Source: Chloroflexota bacterium (GTDB lineage: Bacteria > Chloroflexota > Limnocylindria > Limnocylindrales > CSP1-4). From it: a stretch of DNA of 48,233 nucleotides. The DNA is taken from assembly GCA_029240655.1 (NCBI GenBank), contig JARDZW010000003.1, positions 1-48,233 of the forward strand. Direction: 5' to 3'. The notes under the pieces were generated by a model. That model did no database searches. It saw nothing but the letters and a program-made list of their open reading frames with translations, and had not been told where the DNA came from. Positions 27,943 to 37,305 of the stretch are shown here, in pieces. The first letter of the stretch is position 1. Every line of letters starts with the position of its first letter. Both the position numbers and the translations under genes were made by a program.

Positions 27943-28622
27943 TTCCTGCGTCTGGCGACGCGCAGGATATGTCCCGCAACGGCTTCCACGACCTCGTCGA
28001 TCGGTCGCGTGGCATCGACCTCGACGAACCGTGGTACGTGGGCCGCGATGGCGCGGTACTCGCCCCGGCGGCGCTCGAGCGCATCCAGCGAACCCTCCCC
28101 CTTGCGCGCGAGCAGAACCTCTGCGGGCGCGTCCAGATATACGACGAGATGGGGTTTCGGGTAGAGCTTGTCGAGCAGCAGCCCATGGAGCCGCTGGCTG
28201 ACCGACCGGGCATGCTCGGTGGACACGTCGTACGCGTGGTAGTCGATGAAGAAGTGGCGGTCGAAGATCACGACGACGCCTCGTCGCTGCCACTTCCAGG
28301 CCAACAGCTGGCGGTACCACTCCTCGGCACTCCGATTGGCAAGCCGCAGGCCGGTTCGAGCGTCCGCCGCGAGACGCTTTATGGGCGATCTCGGCCGGCC
28401 GGGACGCGCAGCATGCGACGGTGGTCCGGCCGTGTCCGGCGGCGCGCCGAGAGCGCGTTTCAATCTCCGGGCCACGCGGGTCGTCGGGAGGATCGCGTTA
28501 CTGGAGTCGGCGCTGACCCCCATGTACAGATACCGGACGGGTATCCCCAGTGCGTCTTCGAGACGCCGGGCGACCGTGGTCTTGCCGGCGCCGTCCGGCC
28601 CGACCAGGGCGACGGTCGTCAC
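27939..28622 (-). CDS. thymidylate-kinase-like P-loop kinase
   Basis: VALVGPDGAGKTT, YMG, IFDRH, PKPHLVVYLDAP.EVLLARKGE. Confidence 0.85.
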   Translation of the reverse strand: MTTVALVGPDGAGKTTVARRLEDALGIPVRYLYMGVSADSSNAILPTTRVARRLKRALGAPPDTAGPPSHAARPGRPRSPIKRLAADARTGLRLANRSAEEWYRQLLAWKWQRRGVVVIFDRHFFIDYHAYDVSTEHARSVSQRLHGLLLDKLYPKPHLVVYLDAPAEVLLARKGEGSLDALERRRGEYRAIAAHVPRFVEVDATRPIDEVVEAVAGHILRVARRRK

Positions 28623-29863
28623 CTCCGAGGCTCCGAGACGGTCGAACGCGCGGCATCCTCGAGGATCGCTTCGAGGCGGGCGGCGTTCCGACCCCAGTCG
28701 AAGTGCTGCGCGACATAGGCTCTCAGGCGCGGATCGGCCGGCGTGCCATCGGCGGCCTGGCGCAGGCGGGCGATGATGGCCTCCGCCATGCGCTGGCGAG
28801 TGGCCACGTCGACCGGCGGTTCATCGCCCTCCTGGGTCCGCAGGCCCGCCGCGGCCAGCGGCGACGAGACGACCGGCAGCTCCATGGCGAGCGCCTCGAG
28901 CAACTTGTTCTGGATGCCGGCGCCGTGGCGGATCGGGGCAGCGAACACGGCCGCGCGCTCGAGGTACGGTCGGATGTCATCCACGTATCCCGTCACCTCG
29001 ACCCCGTGACGACCGGCGAGTGCGCGGACACGATCCGTCGGGTCGCGGCCCACGATCGACACTCGGGCCGATGGGACAGCCCGCTGCACCTCGGGCAGGA
29101 CGGCCTCCACCAGCTGCTCGGCCGCGTCGGCGTTTGGCGGGTAGTCCATCGCGCCCGTGAAGACGATCTCGTCGCGACCGAGCCGACGGTTGGTCCGGCG
29201 CCAGAAGGTCAGGTCCACGCCATTCGGGACGACCGATGCGGGGGCCAGCGAGCGATCGGCCCCTGCGTCTTCTGACCCCGTTCCGTCTCGGCGCGAACCG
29301 ACGACGCCCGCCACGTCGCGCGCTGATGCGAACAAGGCGTGGTGCGCACGGCGCATGAGTTTGCGTTCCACCCGGCGCACATCGAGGTACTCCAGCAGGA
29401 GCGACGGCAGGGCGGGCAGCGTGGCATCGCGCATCTGTCCCAGGATCCGACTCGATGTCGCGTCGCAGAGGTCGGCGACCAGCGGGATCGGCGGTAGCGC
29501 GGACAACACGGGAATCGTGCGCCTGCCGCTCAGCAGCAGGACGTCGAATGGACGCTCGGACGCCAGGTGCGATGCCCTGACGCCGAGCCGCGCCGCCGCC
29601 TCGTCGCCCCCAGCGATCAGCATCCGTGCTCGGTCCGTGACCTTCGTCCGGAGCGATCGCGGGCCACGTGTGGCCCGCTCGGTGACGAGGTCCTCCAGGT
29701 ACGGATCGAGGGCGGCGGCATCCTCCGCACGGTGGTTGGGTCCGATCAGCGACAGGAGCGTGATCCGGTGATGCTCGCTCAAGGCGCGGATGAAGTGATA
29801 GTGACGGAGGTAGCCGCTCGTCAGCGGCCACGGCAGCTCGGCCGTCACGTACAGGATGCGCAT
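28619..29863 (-). CDS. glycosyltransferase family 4
   Basis: MRILYVT..LPWPL.SG, VPNGVD, FTGAMDYPPNADA, TGYVDDIRPY, GAGIQNKLLEALAM.LPVV. Confidence 0.92.
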   Translation of the reverse strand: MRILYVTAELPWPLTSGYLRHYHFIRALSEHHRITLLSLIGPNHRAEDAAALDPYLEDLVTERATRGPRSLRTKVTDRARMLIAGGDEAAARLGVRASHLASERPFDVLLLSGRRTIPVLSALPPIPLVADLCDATSSRILGQMRDATLPALPSLLLEYLDVRRVERKLMRRAHHALFASARDVAGVVGSRRDGTGSEDAGADRSLAPASVVPNGVDLTFWRRTNRRLGRDEIVFTGAMDYPPNADAAEQLVEAVLPEVQRAVPSARVSIVGRDPTDRVRALAGRHGVEVTGYVDDIRPYLERAAVFAAPIRHGAGIQNKLLEALAMELPVVSSPLAAAGLRTQEGDEPPVDVATRQRMAEAIIARLRQAADGTPADPRLRAYVAQHFDWGRNAARLEAILEDAARSTVSEPRR

Positions 29864-31506
29864 CAGCTGGCCTCCGCCATCGCCAACGAGGTTTGCCACA
29901 TCGCGACAGCCCGATTGGTCATCAGCCAGCGGATCGCTGCTGGGTCCGAGCCGGACAGTCCCAAGGCCGTCACCAGCCACGCAAGGGACCGCGTCCAGGC
30001 GGCGACCATGAGGGGTGGCACAAGCCGGCCGTCGATGTCCAAGCGGTCGGCCGCGCCAGCCAGGGCTGGCGCGGCCCATCCGCGCGGGTCCCGGACGGCG
30101 TTCGCGAATGCCGATGCCTGGGCTCGTGCTTCGGTCGCACCGTGCTCGGCCGCGGCGACGTACGCCAGCGCGATCGTGAGGTCGTGCAGCGGCAAGCCGT
30201 CCGGCTCTCCCCGTTCCCAATCAACGGCACCCAGTCGCCCGTCCTCGAGGAGGATGAGGTTGGGGTGGGCGGGGTCGCCATGCTCGAACACGACTGGCAA
30301 CTCGACTGCGTCGAGGCTCGTGAGCACCGCCGCAGCCCGGTCGGCCAGCGAGCGCAGCTCCTCGCCAGGGCCTTCGGCGATGGCCCGGATGGTCGTGACC
30401 GCACTGGACAGGCGCTCGCGGACCGGCATGGCACGGCTGGACGCGGGGCCGATGGGCATCTCCTCGAGCAGCCTCTCGATGTGAACGGAGGCCCCTCGCG
30501 CATCGGCCCTGACCATGGGTGGGGAAAGCGGGCGGCCGATGAGCGAGGTCTCGCCGACCGACGGCCACCCACCGTCGAAACCGGTCGTGCCCGTCGGGGC
30601 CGGCCAGCGCCCCTTGGTCGGTGACAACGCAGCTAGTCGAGCCAGGATCGCTCCTTCCCGTGCTGGACCTCGGTCGTCGGGCAGCCGTGCCACCTTGACG
30701 ACCTCGGCGACGTGGCCCGTCGCGCCGTTGATGTGGAGCGCAACGACGTGGGCCGACGCGCGAAAGCCGGGCGTCAGCAGGAGCAAGCCCATTCGGTCAG
30801 CCCCCCGTTCCGGGCCGGAGAACGGCCGTGGACGAGAGGCCCCGTCTGCGGCCCGCTGCGCGATCACCGTGAGCGAAGGAGCCAGCGTCTCAAGGATCCG
30901 CCGCCCAACGCCACTGGCGGCGATGCCACCGGCGATCCGGAGCGGGCCGGACGGGAAGCGTCTTGTCATCAGAGCTCGGATGGCGACCCGGTCGTCGGTG
31001 GCGACCCAGGCAGTTGCGCCGGTCCGTTGGGGCCAAGCCCACCAGATCCGCGTGGCCCAGCCATCGTCGATGAGGGTCCGGGCGATCCGCGCGGCGGCAG
31101 CCGGGATCGATGGACCGTGCCCGCGCAGGAAGGACCGGTCGATCTCCACCACCAGGCGGTCGTGCGGCCCTGCGACGGTCGACGCGGCCGCCACCACGCC
31201 TGGGTCGAAACGCCCGGATACGACGACCGTCTCCCCGTCGACCGCATCGCCGCCGCTGCGATGGACGCCCCCCTCTCGCCGACGCTCATCGAGGATCGCC
31301 CGGTCCAGGGCGGCGGCGAGCTCATCGTCGGGTCGCCCGCCGAGGCCGACGCGTCGGAGCCGCGGGTCGCTGAGCAGGAACCGCCAATCGATGCGCCGCG
31401 CGAGCCGGAGCCGTTCATCACGGGACATCCCGACCATGTCGATCGGTGCATCAGACCCATCCGCGAGACTCACGACCGCGAGCTCAGAGGACACTGCGTG
31501 CGGCAT
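29863..31506 (-). CDS. aminoglycoside-phosphotransferase-like kinase with N-terminal accessory domain
   Basis: VVKVAR, HGDPAHPN, VDWE, GLPLHDL; N-terminal region with IDWRFLL. Start uncertain (31506 or 31494). Confidence 0.8.
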   Translation of the reverse strand: MPHAVSSELAVVSLADGSDAPIDMVGMSRDERLRLARRIDWRFLLSDPRLRRVGLGGRPDDELAAALDRAILDERRREGGVHRSGGDAVDGETVVVSGRFDPGVVAAASTVAGPHDRLVVEIDRSFLRGHGPSIPAAAARIARTLIDDGWATRIWWAWPQRTGATAWVATDDRVAIRALMTRRFPSGPLRIAGGIAASGVGRRILETLAPSLTVIAQRAADGASRPRPFSGPERGADRMGLLLLTPGFRASAHVVALHINGATGHVAEVVKVARLPDDRGPAREGAILARLAALSPTKGRWPAPTGTTGFDGGWPSVGETSLIGRPLSPPMVRADARGASVHIERLLEEMPIGPASSRAMPVRERLSSAVTTIRAIAEGPGEELRSLADRAAAVLTSLDAVELPVVFEHGDPAHPNLILLEDGRLGAVDWERGEPDGLPLHDLTIALAYVAAAEHGATEARAQASAFANAVRDPRGWAAPALAGAADRLDIDGRLVPPLMVAAWTRSLAWLVTALGLSGSDPAAIRWLMTNRAVAMWQTSLAMAEAS

Positions 31507-32593
31507 CGAGGAACGCAGCGAACTCGACTGGATACGGATGGGTGATCACGTGAGCCGGTCGTCCAGCCAGGAAGCTGGCCAAGCGCTCGGCCTGGCGATC
31601 TTCCGCTACGTCGAGCCATGGGTTGGACAGACCGGGGAAGGCAAAGCGGGCTTGCAGATACAGTCCCGCCAGGTCAAGCCGCTCATGGACGAGCGAGGCC
31701 GTCATCCGCTGTGCGACCTCGGCCGGATCGATCGGTTCCACGCTCATCCTGTCGCCGGCGGCGGAGATGACGAACAGGACGTGGTCCACGCGGCCCGTCA
31801 GCGGCGGGAGGGGGCCGAAGAGCCGTTCCGGCGGGAGCTTGACATGACGCTGCGCGTCGATGATCGGGACAGCGCGGCGCAGGAATCGACCCGCTGAAGT
31901 CCGCCTCACGGCCGTGGGCAGCCGTGCCTCTGCGCGGCCAGCGGCCGGGAGGGTCGTCAACTTCAGGCGGTCCAGTCGTCCCAGGCGGGCGCGGACGGTC
32001 GGTAGCTGGTCGAGGTGCCAGTCCCAGAGCCGTATCGGTTCCGGGATGCCGTGCATCGATCCGTCCGCCTTGAGGTAGACCCAACCGTCGCCGATGTATC
32101 GGGCGCCGCTCGTGGTCGCCGCCAGGAGCAGTTCGGACCTGCCGCCCTTGGACCAGCCGGTCACGAGGACGCCCTGGCCGTCGAGCGCGAAGGCACCGGC
32201 GTGGAGCGGCAGTCCTCCGTTGGCCAGGGCGGTCAGATTGACGGTCGCGATGAGGAACGGGATCTCGGCCAGCCCGCGTTGGCAAACGATCTCGCATGGG
32301 CCGCCGATGCGCTCGATCGGGAACCGCACGACGCACCGCTGGTTGCGACTCTTGAGGATGTAGAACGCCTCGTCGGTCCAGCCCGCATCCCTGGCACCGA
32401 TGTAGCGGAGCTGGGATGGCGGCTCGGCCGTGTCCACGAAGCGGATCGTGATGTCTGGCGCGCGGTCGACGATCGTCGGAAGCGGGCCGAGTTGACGACG
32501 AACGACCTGGATGTCGCTCTCCGCCGCGTTCTCGACGCGGACGGTCGCGAGGCCATGCAAGTCGAAATCGACGATACGGGTCCGGACAGTCAT
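31484..32593 (-). CDS. HprK-related kinase-like protein (catalytic motifs altered)
   Basis: LPLHAGA...GVLVTGWSKGGRSE and YIGDG match the HprK-like H-x-GxxxxGK(S/T)...DD layout, with K>R and D>G. Confidence 0.72.
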   Translation of the reverse strand: MTVRTRIVDFDLHGLATVRVENAAESDIQVVRRQLGPLPTIVDRAPDITIRFVDTAEPPSQLRYIGARDAGWTDEAFYILKSRNQRCVVRFPIERIGGPCEIVCQRGLAEIPFLIATVNLTALANGGLPLHAGAFALDGQGVLVTGWSKGGRSELLLAATTSGARYIGDGWVYLKADGSMHGIPEPIRLWDWHLDQLPTVRARLGRLDRLKLTTLPAAGRAEARLPTAVRRTSAGRFLRRAVPIIDAQRHVKLPPERLFGPLPPLTGRVDHVLFVISAAGDRMSVEPIDPAEVAQRMTASLVHERLDLAGLYLQARFAFPGLSNPWLDVAEDRQAERLASFLAGRPAHVITHPYPVEFAAFLDAARSVL

Positions 32594-34236
32594 GACCCGC
32601 CCTCGACGAGGCGCGCCAGCGTGGATGCCCGCGGACGTTCGAGCATCATGCGGATGAGACGGACGGAATACCCGTCCTGGACTCGTCCGGCTTGCAGGCG
32701 CGTGGATTCCTTGAGGGAACGATGGACCCAGCAGCCGTACAGGAGTGGCTCGATCGCTTCGACCGGTAACCCGACGGAGACCCGATACGCGCCGACGGCG
32801 CGCACGAGACGATCTGCGAGCGGTGAACGGTCGAGCATGTGGCGGGCGGTGCCATCGAGGCGGTCGCGGACCCCCGCTCGGCGGCTGGCAGCCACGGCGT
32901 AACTGCGAAACAGGTAGAGGAGGTCCCAGAGGGGCAGTCCATCGGTTTCCGCCGCCTCCCAGTCCAGGAACATCGTTCGGCCTGCGGGATCGACCAGAAG
33001 ATTCCAAATGCCCGGATCGCCGTGCTGGTTGACGACAGGGAGAGAAGGTCCGAGTCCGCCGAGGCGCTCGAACGTCTGACGCAAGGTGCTGATCTCTTCA
33101 TCGCTCGATCGGTAGATGGCGGCGTAGCGATCAACGAGCGTCAGGAGCGCCTCAGCGACGGCGTCGGCCGGCACCTCACGCCTCGTGGCGGCTCCATACG
33201 CGGTCAGCCACTCCAACGCGTCATCCAGATGTGAGCAGTCCTCGCGCCAGGTCGCGCGCGACGCGAAGGGGATGCCGTCCAGGAGCGATTCGCCGAGCAG
33301 GAACCGTCCGCCATGACGAGCTGCGAACCACGGTCGCGGTACGCGGCCCTCCGCCGCCGGCAGGGACTCCAGTCGAACGAGCGCAGCATGCTCGTTCTCG
33401 AGCCGGCTCGCGTGCTCCGTCGACCGGGTGACCTTGACCACCCCGGTCGGGGCCGGGTCATCCCCGGGTCTGAGCAGGACCAGCACCTTCTGGGAGTCGT
33501 AGTCTCCACGAGCCGCGACGGCCCAACCCCAACCATCGAGGCTTCGACCCGCGGCTGCGGCGGCTTGCGCGATGTACGCCGGCACGCCACCGTCGGCCAG
33601 GACCGATGGGCCGATGATCGTCGCCGTCCTCGTGGGACCGGGCCAGGAAACCTTGATCGATCGCCGGAGGCGTCGTTCGATCGCCGCGAGGCGCGGCCGG
33701 CTGGCGATGGTGCCCGCCAGGCCCATTCGCCCGATGGCGTCCCGCATATCCCGATCCTGGCTGGGCACGGCAGAGCGCACCTCGCCGAGTCGTGGGGTCA
33801 GTGCCAGCGTCAGGGAAGGCTCGTCCGCGGTCGAAGCCGCCGGGGAGCTCGCATCGACCTGGATGACGAGGTCGCCTCGGCGCACGTACGAGACGATCAG
33901 GTCGAACTGCTGTGCGGCGCCGGTCTCGGGCATGTCCGCGACGACCTGGACGCCGACCCACCCCTCGGACCGGGCGCGGGTCTCCAGCTGTCGCCGCCGG
34001 CGCGGGGATCGAACGACCAGCACGACGAGATCCGCCGATCGAACGAGCGTCATCATGGTCGCAGACGATGGGGCCCCCACGCACAGCACCGATCGGTATG
34101 CCAGCCGGGGGAGGCCATACAGCCAGCCCGCCCCGCTGAGCGCACCGCGTCGGTTGCCGCCGACGTCGTATTCGGTCGCCAGCGTCCTCGACAGGACGGA
34201 CGTCGTCTGCGCTGGCTCGATCACGGCCTCAGACAC
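32590..34236 (-). CDS. aminoglycoside-phosphotransferase-like kinase with N-terminal accessory domain
   Basis: VVKVTR, LENE, HGDPGIWN, LDWE, GLPLWDL; GTG start at 34236 overlaps the flippase stop. Confidence 0.8.
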   Translation of the reverse strand: MSEAVIEPAQTTSVLSRTLATEYDVGGNRRGALSGAGWLYGLPRLAYRSVLCVGAPSSATMMTLVRSADLVVLVVRSPRRRRQLETRARSEGWVGVQVVADMPETGAAQQFDLIVSYVRRGDLVIQVDASSPAASTADEPSLTLALTPRLGEVRSAVPSQDRDMRDAIGRMGLAGTIASRPRLAAIERRLRRSIKVSWPGPTRTATIIGPSVLADGGVPAYIAQAAAAAGRSLDGWGWAVAARGDYDSQKVLVLLRPGDDPAPTGVVKVTRSTEHASRLENEHAALVRLESLPAAEGRVPRPWFAARHGGRFLLGESLLDGIPFASRATWREDCSHLDDALEWLTAYGAATRREVPADAVAEALLTLVDRYAAIYRSSDEEISTLRQTFERLGGLGPSLPVVNQHGDPGIWNLLVDPAGRTMFLDWEAAETDGLPLWDLLYLFRSYAVAASRRAGVRDRLDGTARHMLDRSPLADRLVRAVGAYRVSVGLPVEAIEPLLYGCWVHRSLKESTRLQAGRVQDGYSVRLIRMMLERPRASTLARLVEGGS

Positions 34237-35791
34237 CGAATATCCGCCGGCCGAACGGGAGGCGAAGGACCTCAGGGAACATGCCGGCCACGTCGAGCGC
34301 CCGACGGGTGGACACGAGGACGACCGCTGACGCAACCGCCGCCAGCAGCAGACTCGGGACCAGGCTCGGTCGGAACGCCAGCTGGACCGCGCCCATCGCG
34401 ATGGTCGCAAGCGCGATGACCCCATAGACCCACGCGTAGCGTCGATCGAACACGCTGATGCCCGTTCCGCGACGCAGACCGGCCTGCTTGAGCAGATTGA
34501 AGCCGATCAACGCTGTGGCCGTCGCGACCGCGGCTCCCAACGGCCCCCACACCGGGATCAGGGCGAGGTTGAGGACAACGCTGGCTGCGGCGGCGATCAG
34601 GTTGATCGCGACGGTGTAGCGGACGAGGCCGTACACGCGAAGAGTCAGACCATTGAACCCGAGCGCCACGTTCAGATAGGCAGCGAGCGACAGGATGGCG
34701 AGGTACACGGCCGAACCCGCGTAGCGCTCCTCGAAGAGTGCCACGGTGACGGGCTCGGCCACCGACGTCGTCAGCGCAAAGATGGGGAATGAGACCACCG
34801 CCATCCAGATCGCCGTCCGCCAATACAGCTGGGCGACGCCATCGCGTTCGCCACGCGCGAACAGCCGGGATGCTGCCGGGAGAAACAGGATGGTGAAACT
34901 CGAGTAGACGATCAGGTTGAGGTGGACGAGCGGCTGGATGACGCGGTACTCCGCGACTGCCTGCGCCCCCCAGAAGTGTCCGAGGATCAGTGCGTCCGTG
35001 GTCTGGAGCGCGATGTAAACGAGATCGGTCGTCAGGAGCGGGATGGTAAAGACCAGGATCTCCCGTCCCGGGATCAGGGCATCCCGCCACCGCACCGCCG
35101 CCAGGATCCCACGCGCCCGCAGGACGCGCAGGAGCAGCGCACCGTAGAGCAGCACGCCGACCAGGCCGGTCACGACATAGCCCACGGCCAGGAACGCGGC
35201 GCCGAAGTCACCCGCGACGAGCAGCAGCACGACAGCCAATCGAAGTCCTGGTCCGACGACATACTTGCGGACGAAGATCGACCGGGCGTTCGCGAACACG
35301 GCCAGAGCACCGCCGAGCAGGTTGTCCAAGGCCTGGATCGGAGCCAGAACGATCAGGATCGCGAGGAGCGCGGCCGCCTCCGTGTTGGTCACGACCGATC
35401 CGAGCACGGCGTCTCGGAAGCCCACCACGACCAGGATCAGGGCGAGGCCAAGTCCGAGGACCGTGGCAAGGACCATGACGAGCGTGCCCAGGATCCGCCG
35501 GTCATCCCGACGCTCGTCGTACACGGCAAGGAACCGGCCGAGGCCGCGATCCAGTCCGAACGTGACGATCGTCTCGCACAGGGTCACGAGCGATAGCGCG
35601 TAGGCAAAGGCACCGAATTGCGTCTGTGACAGGGACCGCACGATGAGGACCTGGACGAGCAGATTGACGACGAGCGCGATGAGCCGGCCACCAAGGAGGA
35701 GGCTCGATCCACGGATCTGCTTGGTCGTGGCGGTTCCGGACGCAGGGGTCGGCATGCCGACGCTGGCGGTCACATCATCGATGGCGGCCAC
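34229..35791 (-). CDS. Wzx-type polysaccharide flippase
   Basis: About 12-14 TM segments; LS..QFGAFAYALS, TFGLD, TDALILGHF, FLPAASRLF, LNLALIP.WG.LGAA. Confidence 0.9.
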   Translation of the reverse strand: MAAIDDVTASVGMPTPASGTATTKQIRGSSLLLGGRLIALVVNLLVQVLIVRSLSQTQFGAFAYALSLVTLCETIVTFGLDRGLGRFLAVYDERRDDRRILGTLVMVLATVLGLGLALILVVVGFRDAVLGSVVTNTEAAALLAILIVLAPIQALDNLLGGALAVFANARSIFVRKYVVGPGLRLAVVLLLVAGDFGAAFLAVGYVVTGLVGVLLYGALLLRVLRARGILAAVRWRDALIPGREILVFTIPLLTTDLVYIALQTTDALILGHFWGAQAVAEYRVIQPLVHLNLIVYSSFTILFLPAASRLFARGERDGVAQLYWRTAIWMAVVSFPIFALTTSVAEPVTVALFEERYAGSAVYLAILSLAAYLNVALGFNGLTLRVYGLVRYTVAINLIAAAASVVLNLALIPVWGPLGAAVATATALIGFNLLKQAGLRRGTGISVFDRRYAWVYGVIALATIAMGAVQLAFRPSLVPSLLLAAVASAVVLVSTRRALDVAGMFPEVLRLPFGRRIFGV

Positions 35792-35886
35792 CCCCTTGCC
35801 GCGGTATCCATTCGTACGCGGTCACGTAACGGACCGCCAACCTCTGCCGACTCCCAAACGGTAGCGCGCTCATGTGGTGCATTTGG

Positions 35887-37185
35887 TCACCGACCTCGAG
35901 CACGACTGGCCAGAGCGTCACCCACCAGTTCCCTCACCTTGTCGGTGACCTCCTCCAAAGAGCCACCAACATCCACGACCACCGCTGACCTGGTGCGAGC
36001 CGCCAGATCCAGGTACCTCCTGCGTTGCTCCTCGATCTGCGCAAGCGGATGCTCCGGCTTGCGGCTGAAGAGGAGGTCCGGGGGTGCGTCCAGGACGATG
36101 ACGAGGTCCGGTGCCGGCAAGGCGTGGGCCAGGATGCCGCGACGCATGCGAGCAAGCCCCCGTGTCGGGCCTCCGAGCCGGGCGTCATAGGGATGCCGAT
36201 CGAAGAGGACCAGCCGGCCGCGCCGTGCGTGCCACCACCCGATGAGCCATCCGCGCCACATGGCCACGAGCCGCGTAGCCGTGCCGAGACCTCGAATGGT
36301 GACCCGCCCATGACCCCGCTGAGCCCCCCGCGATCCTCCACGAGGCCCGCCATAGAGGCCCAGATAGATTCCTCGGGTGGTCATCGGCGCTCCGTCACCG
36401 ACGGTCTTCGCGAGCGAGGACTTGCCGGCGCCGTCCGGACCCAGGAGCGCGACGGTCAGGCCCCGCCTGAGGAAGGGCGGCTCGATGGCAGCGAGGCGAC
36501 GAGCGACCCGCCCGCGGATACGGCCGATGCCGACCGCAAGCGGCGACCGTGCCGTGAGGCCGGCACGAATGCTGTGGGCCAGATCAGCCAGTCCACCGTC
36601 GCCGGCCGACACCATCTCGACGATCCGTTGCGGCGACCAGGCGTCGCTGAGCCCGCGAACGAACCTCGCGCCGTCTCCGTCGATGCGCGCGGACGCCGCC
36701 AGGAGGCGCAGGTTTGCCTGACGCCCGATCCCCCTGAATGGGCGATCCACCAGCTCGTGGAGCAACAAGGTCCAAAACGCGTCGTCCGGGCTCGGCCGTG
36801 CACCGTCCGGACCGTGGACGCGCCGCGCCAGACAGCCTTCAGCCAGGCTCGTGCGCCACTCCTGGAATGGCCCGAGATCGATCCGGGTGACGACGTCGAC
36901 TTTCGCCCAGGCGCCCGTCTCGCGATCGTAAGCAAAGAACGCACGATGAGTGCCGTGGCCAGGCTGTGGACGCTCGTGGAACCCGGCCACGCCGAGCGCG
37001 CGTCGCGCGGCGGGCAGGTCTTCAGGAGCGACCAGCAGGTCGTCCTCGTTGCCCGCACCACGATCACGAAGGCGGAGCCAACGGACATTGGCACGATCAA
37101 GCTCGCTGGACGCCCGGGCGTAGGCGCCAGGTGAGACTGGCGCGGATGCTGGCGTGCTCGGCACCGACGTCGGGATCACACGCAT
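35887..37185 (-). CDS. nucleotidyltransferase-like plus thymidylate-kinase-like fusion protein
   Basis: N-terminal WLRLR..GNEDDLLV...KVDV (pol-beta-like acidic motif); C-terminal VALLGPDGAGKSS, LFDRHPYD, PAPDLVIVLDAP..LFSRKPE. Confidence 0.75.
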   Translation of the reverse strand: MRVIPTSVPSTPASAPVSPGAYARASSELDRANVRWLRLRDRGAGNEDDLLVAPEDLPAARRALGVAGFHERPQPGHGTHRAFFAYDRETGAWAKVDVVTRIDLGPFQEWRTSLAEGCLARRVHGPDGARPSPDDAFWTLLLHELVDRPFRGIGRQANLRLLAASARIDGDGARFVRGLSDAWSPQRIVEMVSAGDGGLADLAHSIRAGLTARSPLAVGIGRIRGRVARRLAAIEPPFLRRGLTVALLGPDGAGKSSLAKTVGDGAPMTTRGIYLGLYGGPRGGSRGAQRGHGRVTIRGLGTATRLVAMWRGWLIGWWHARRGRLVLFDRHPYDARLGGPTRGLARMRRGILAHALPAPDLVIVLDAPPDLLFSRKPEHPLAQIEEQRRRYLDLAARTRSAVVVDVGGSLEEVTDKVRELVGDALASRARGR

Positions 37186-37254
37186 CGATAGCCGCAGAAC
37201 AGCACGCCTCCTCCTCGTCCGGCGCCGTCGCTGGCTGGTCCGGAGTCGCGACGA

Positions 37255-37260
37255 TACAAT
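37255..37260 (+). promoter_or_regulatory. putative -10 element for the 37306 gene
   Basis: TACAAT in an otherwise very GC-rich divergent intergenic region, 45 nt upstream of the ATG. No clear -35. Confidence 0.45.
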
Positions 37261-37305
37261 GCCGCGCCACGACAGGCCTGCTGAGGAGTCGAGGAAACCG
37301 ACGAG

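Noticed and set aside
29863-34236. Aminoglycoside resistance genes
   Set aside because: Only the general APH/choline-kinase fold motifs are shared. The proteins are about twice the usual size and are embedded in a glycan operon.
26710-37185. Lasso peptide or other RiPP cluster (HprK-like kinase, nucleotidyltransferase, ATP-grasp)
   Set aside because: No lasso cyclase, PqqD/RRE, B2 protease or plausible precursor in the window; the context is polysaccharide synthesis.
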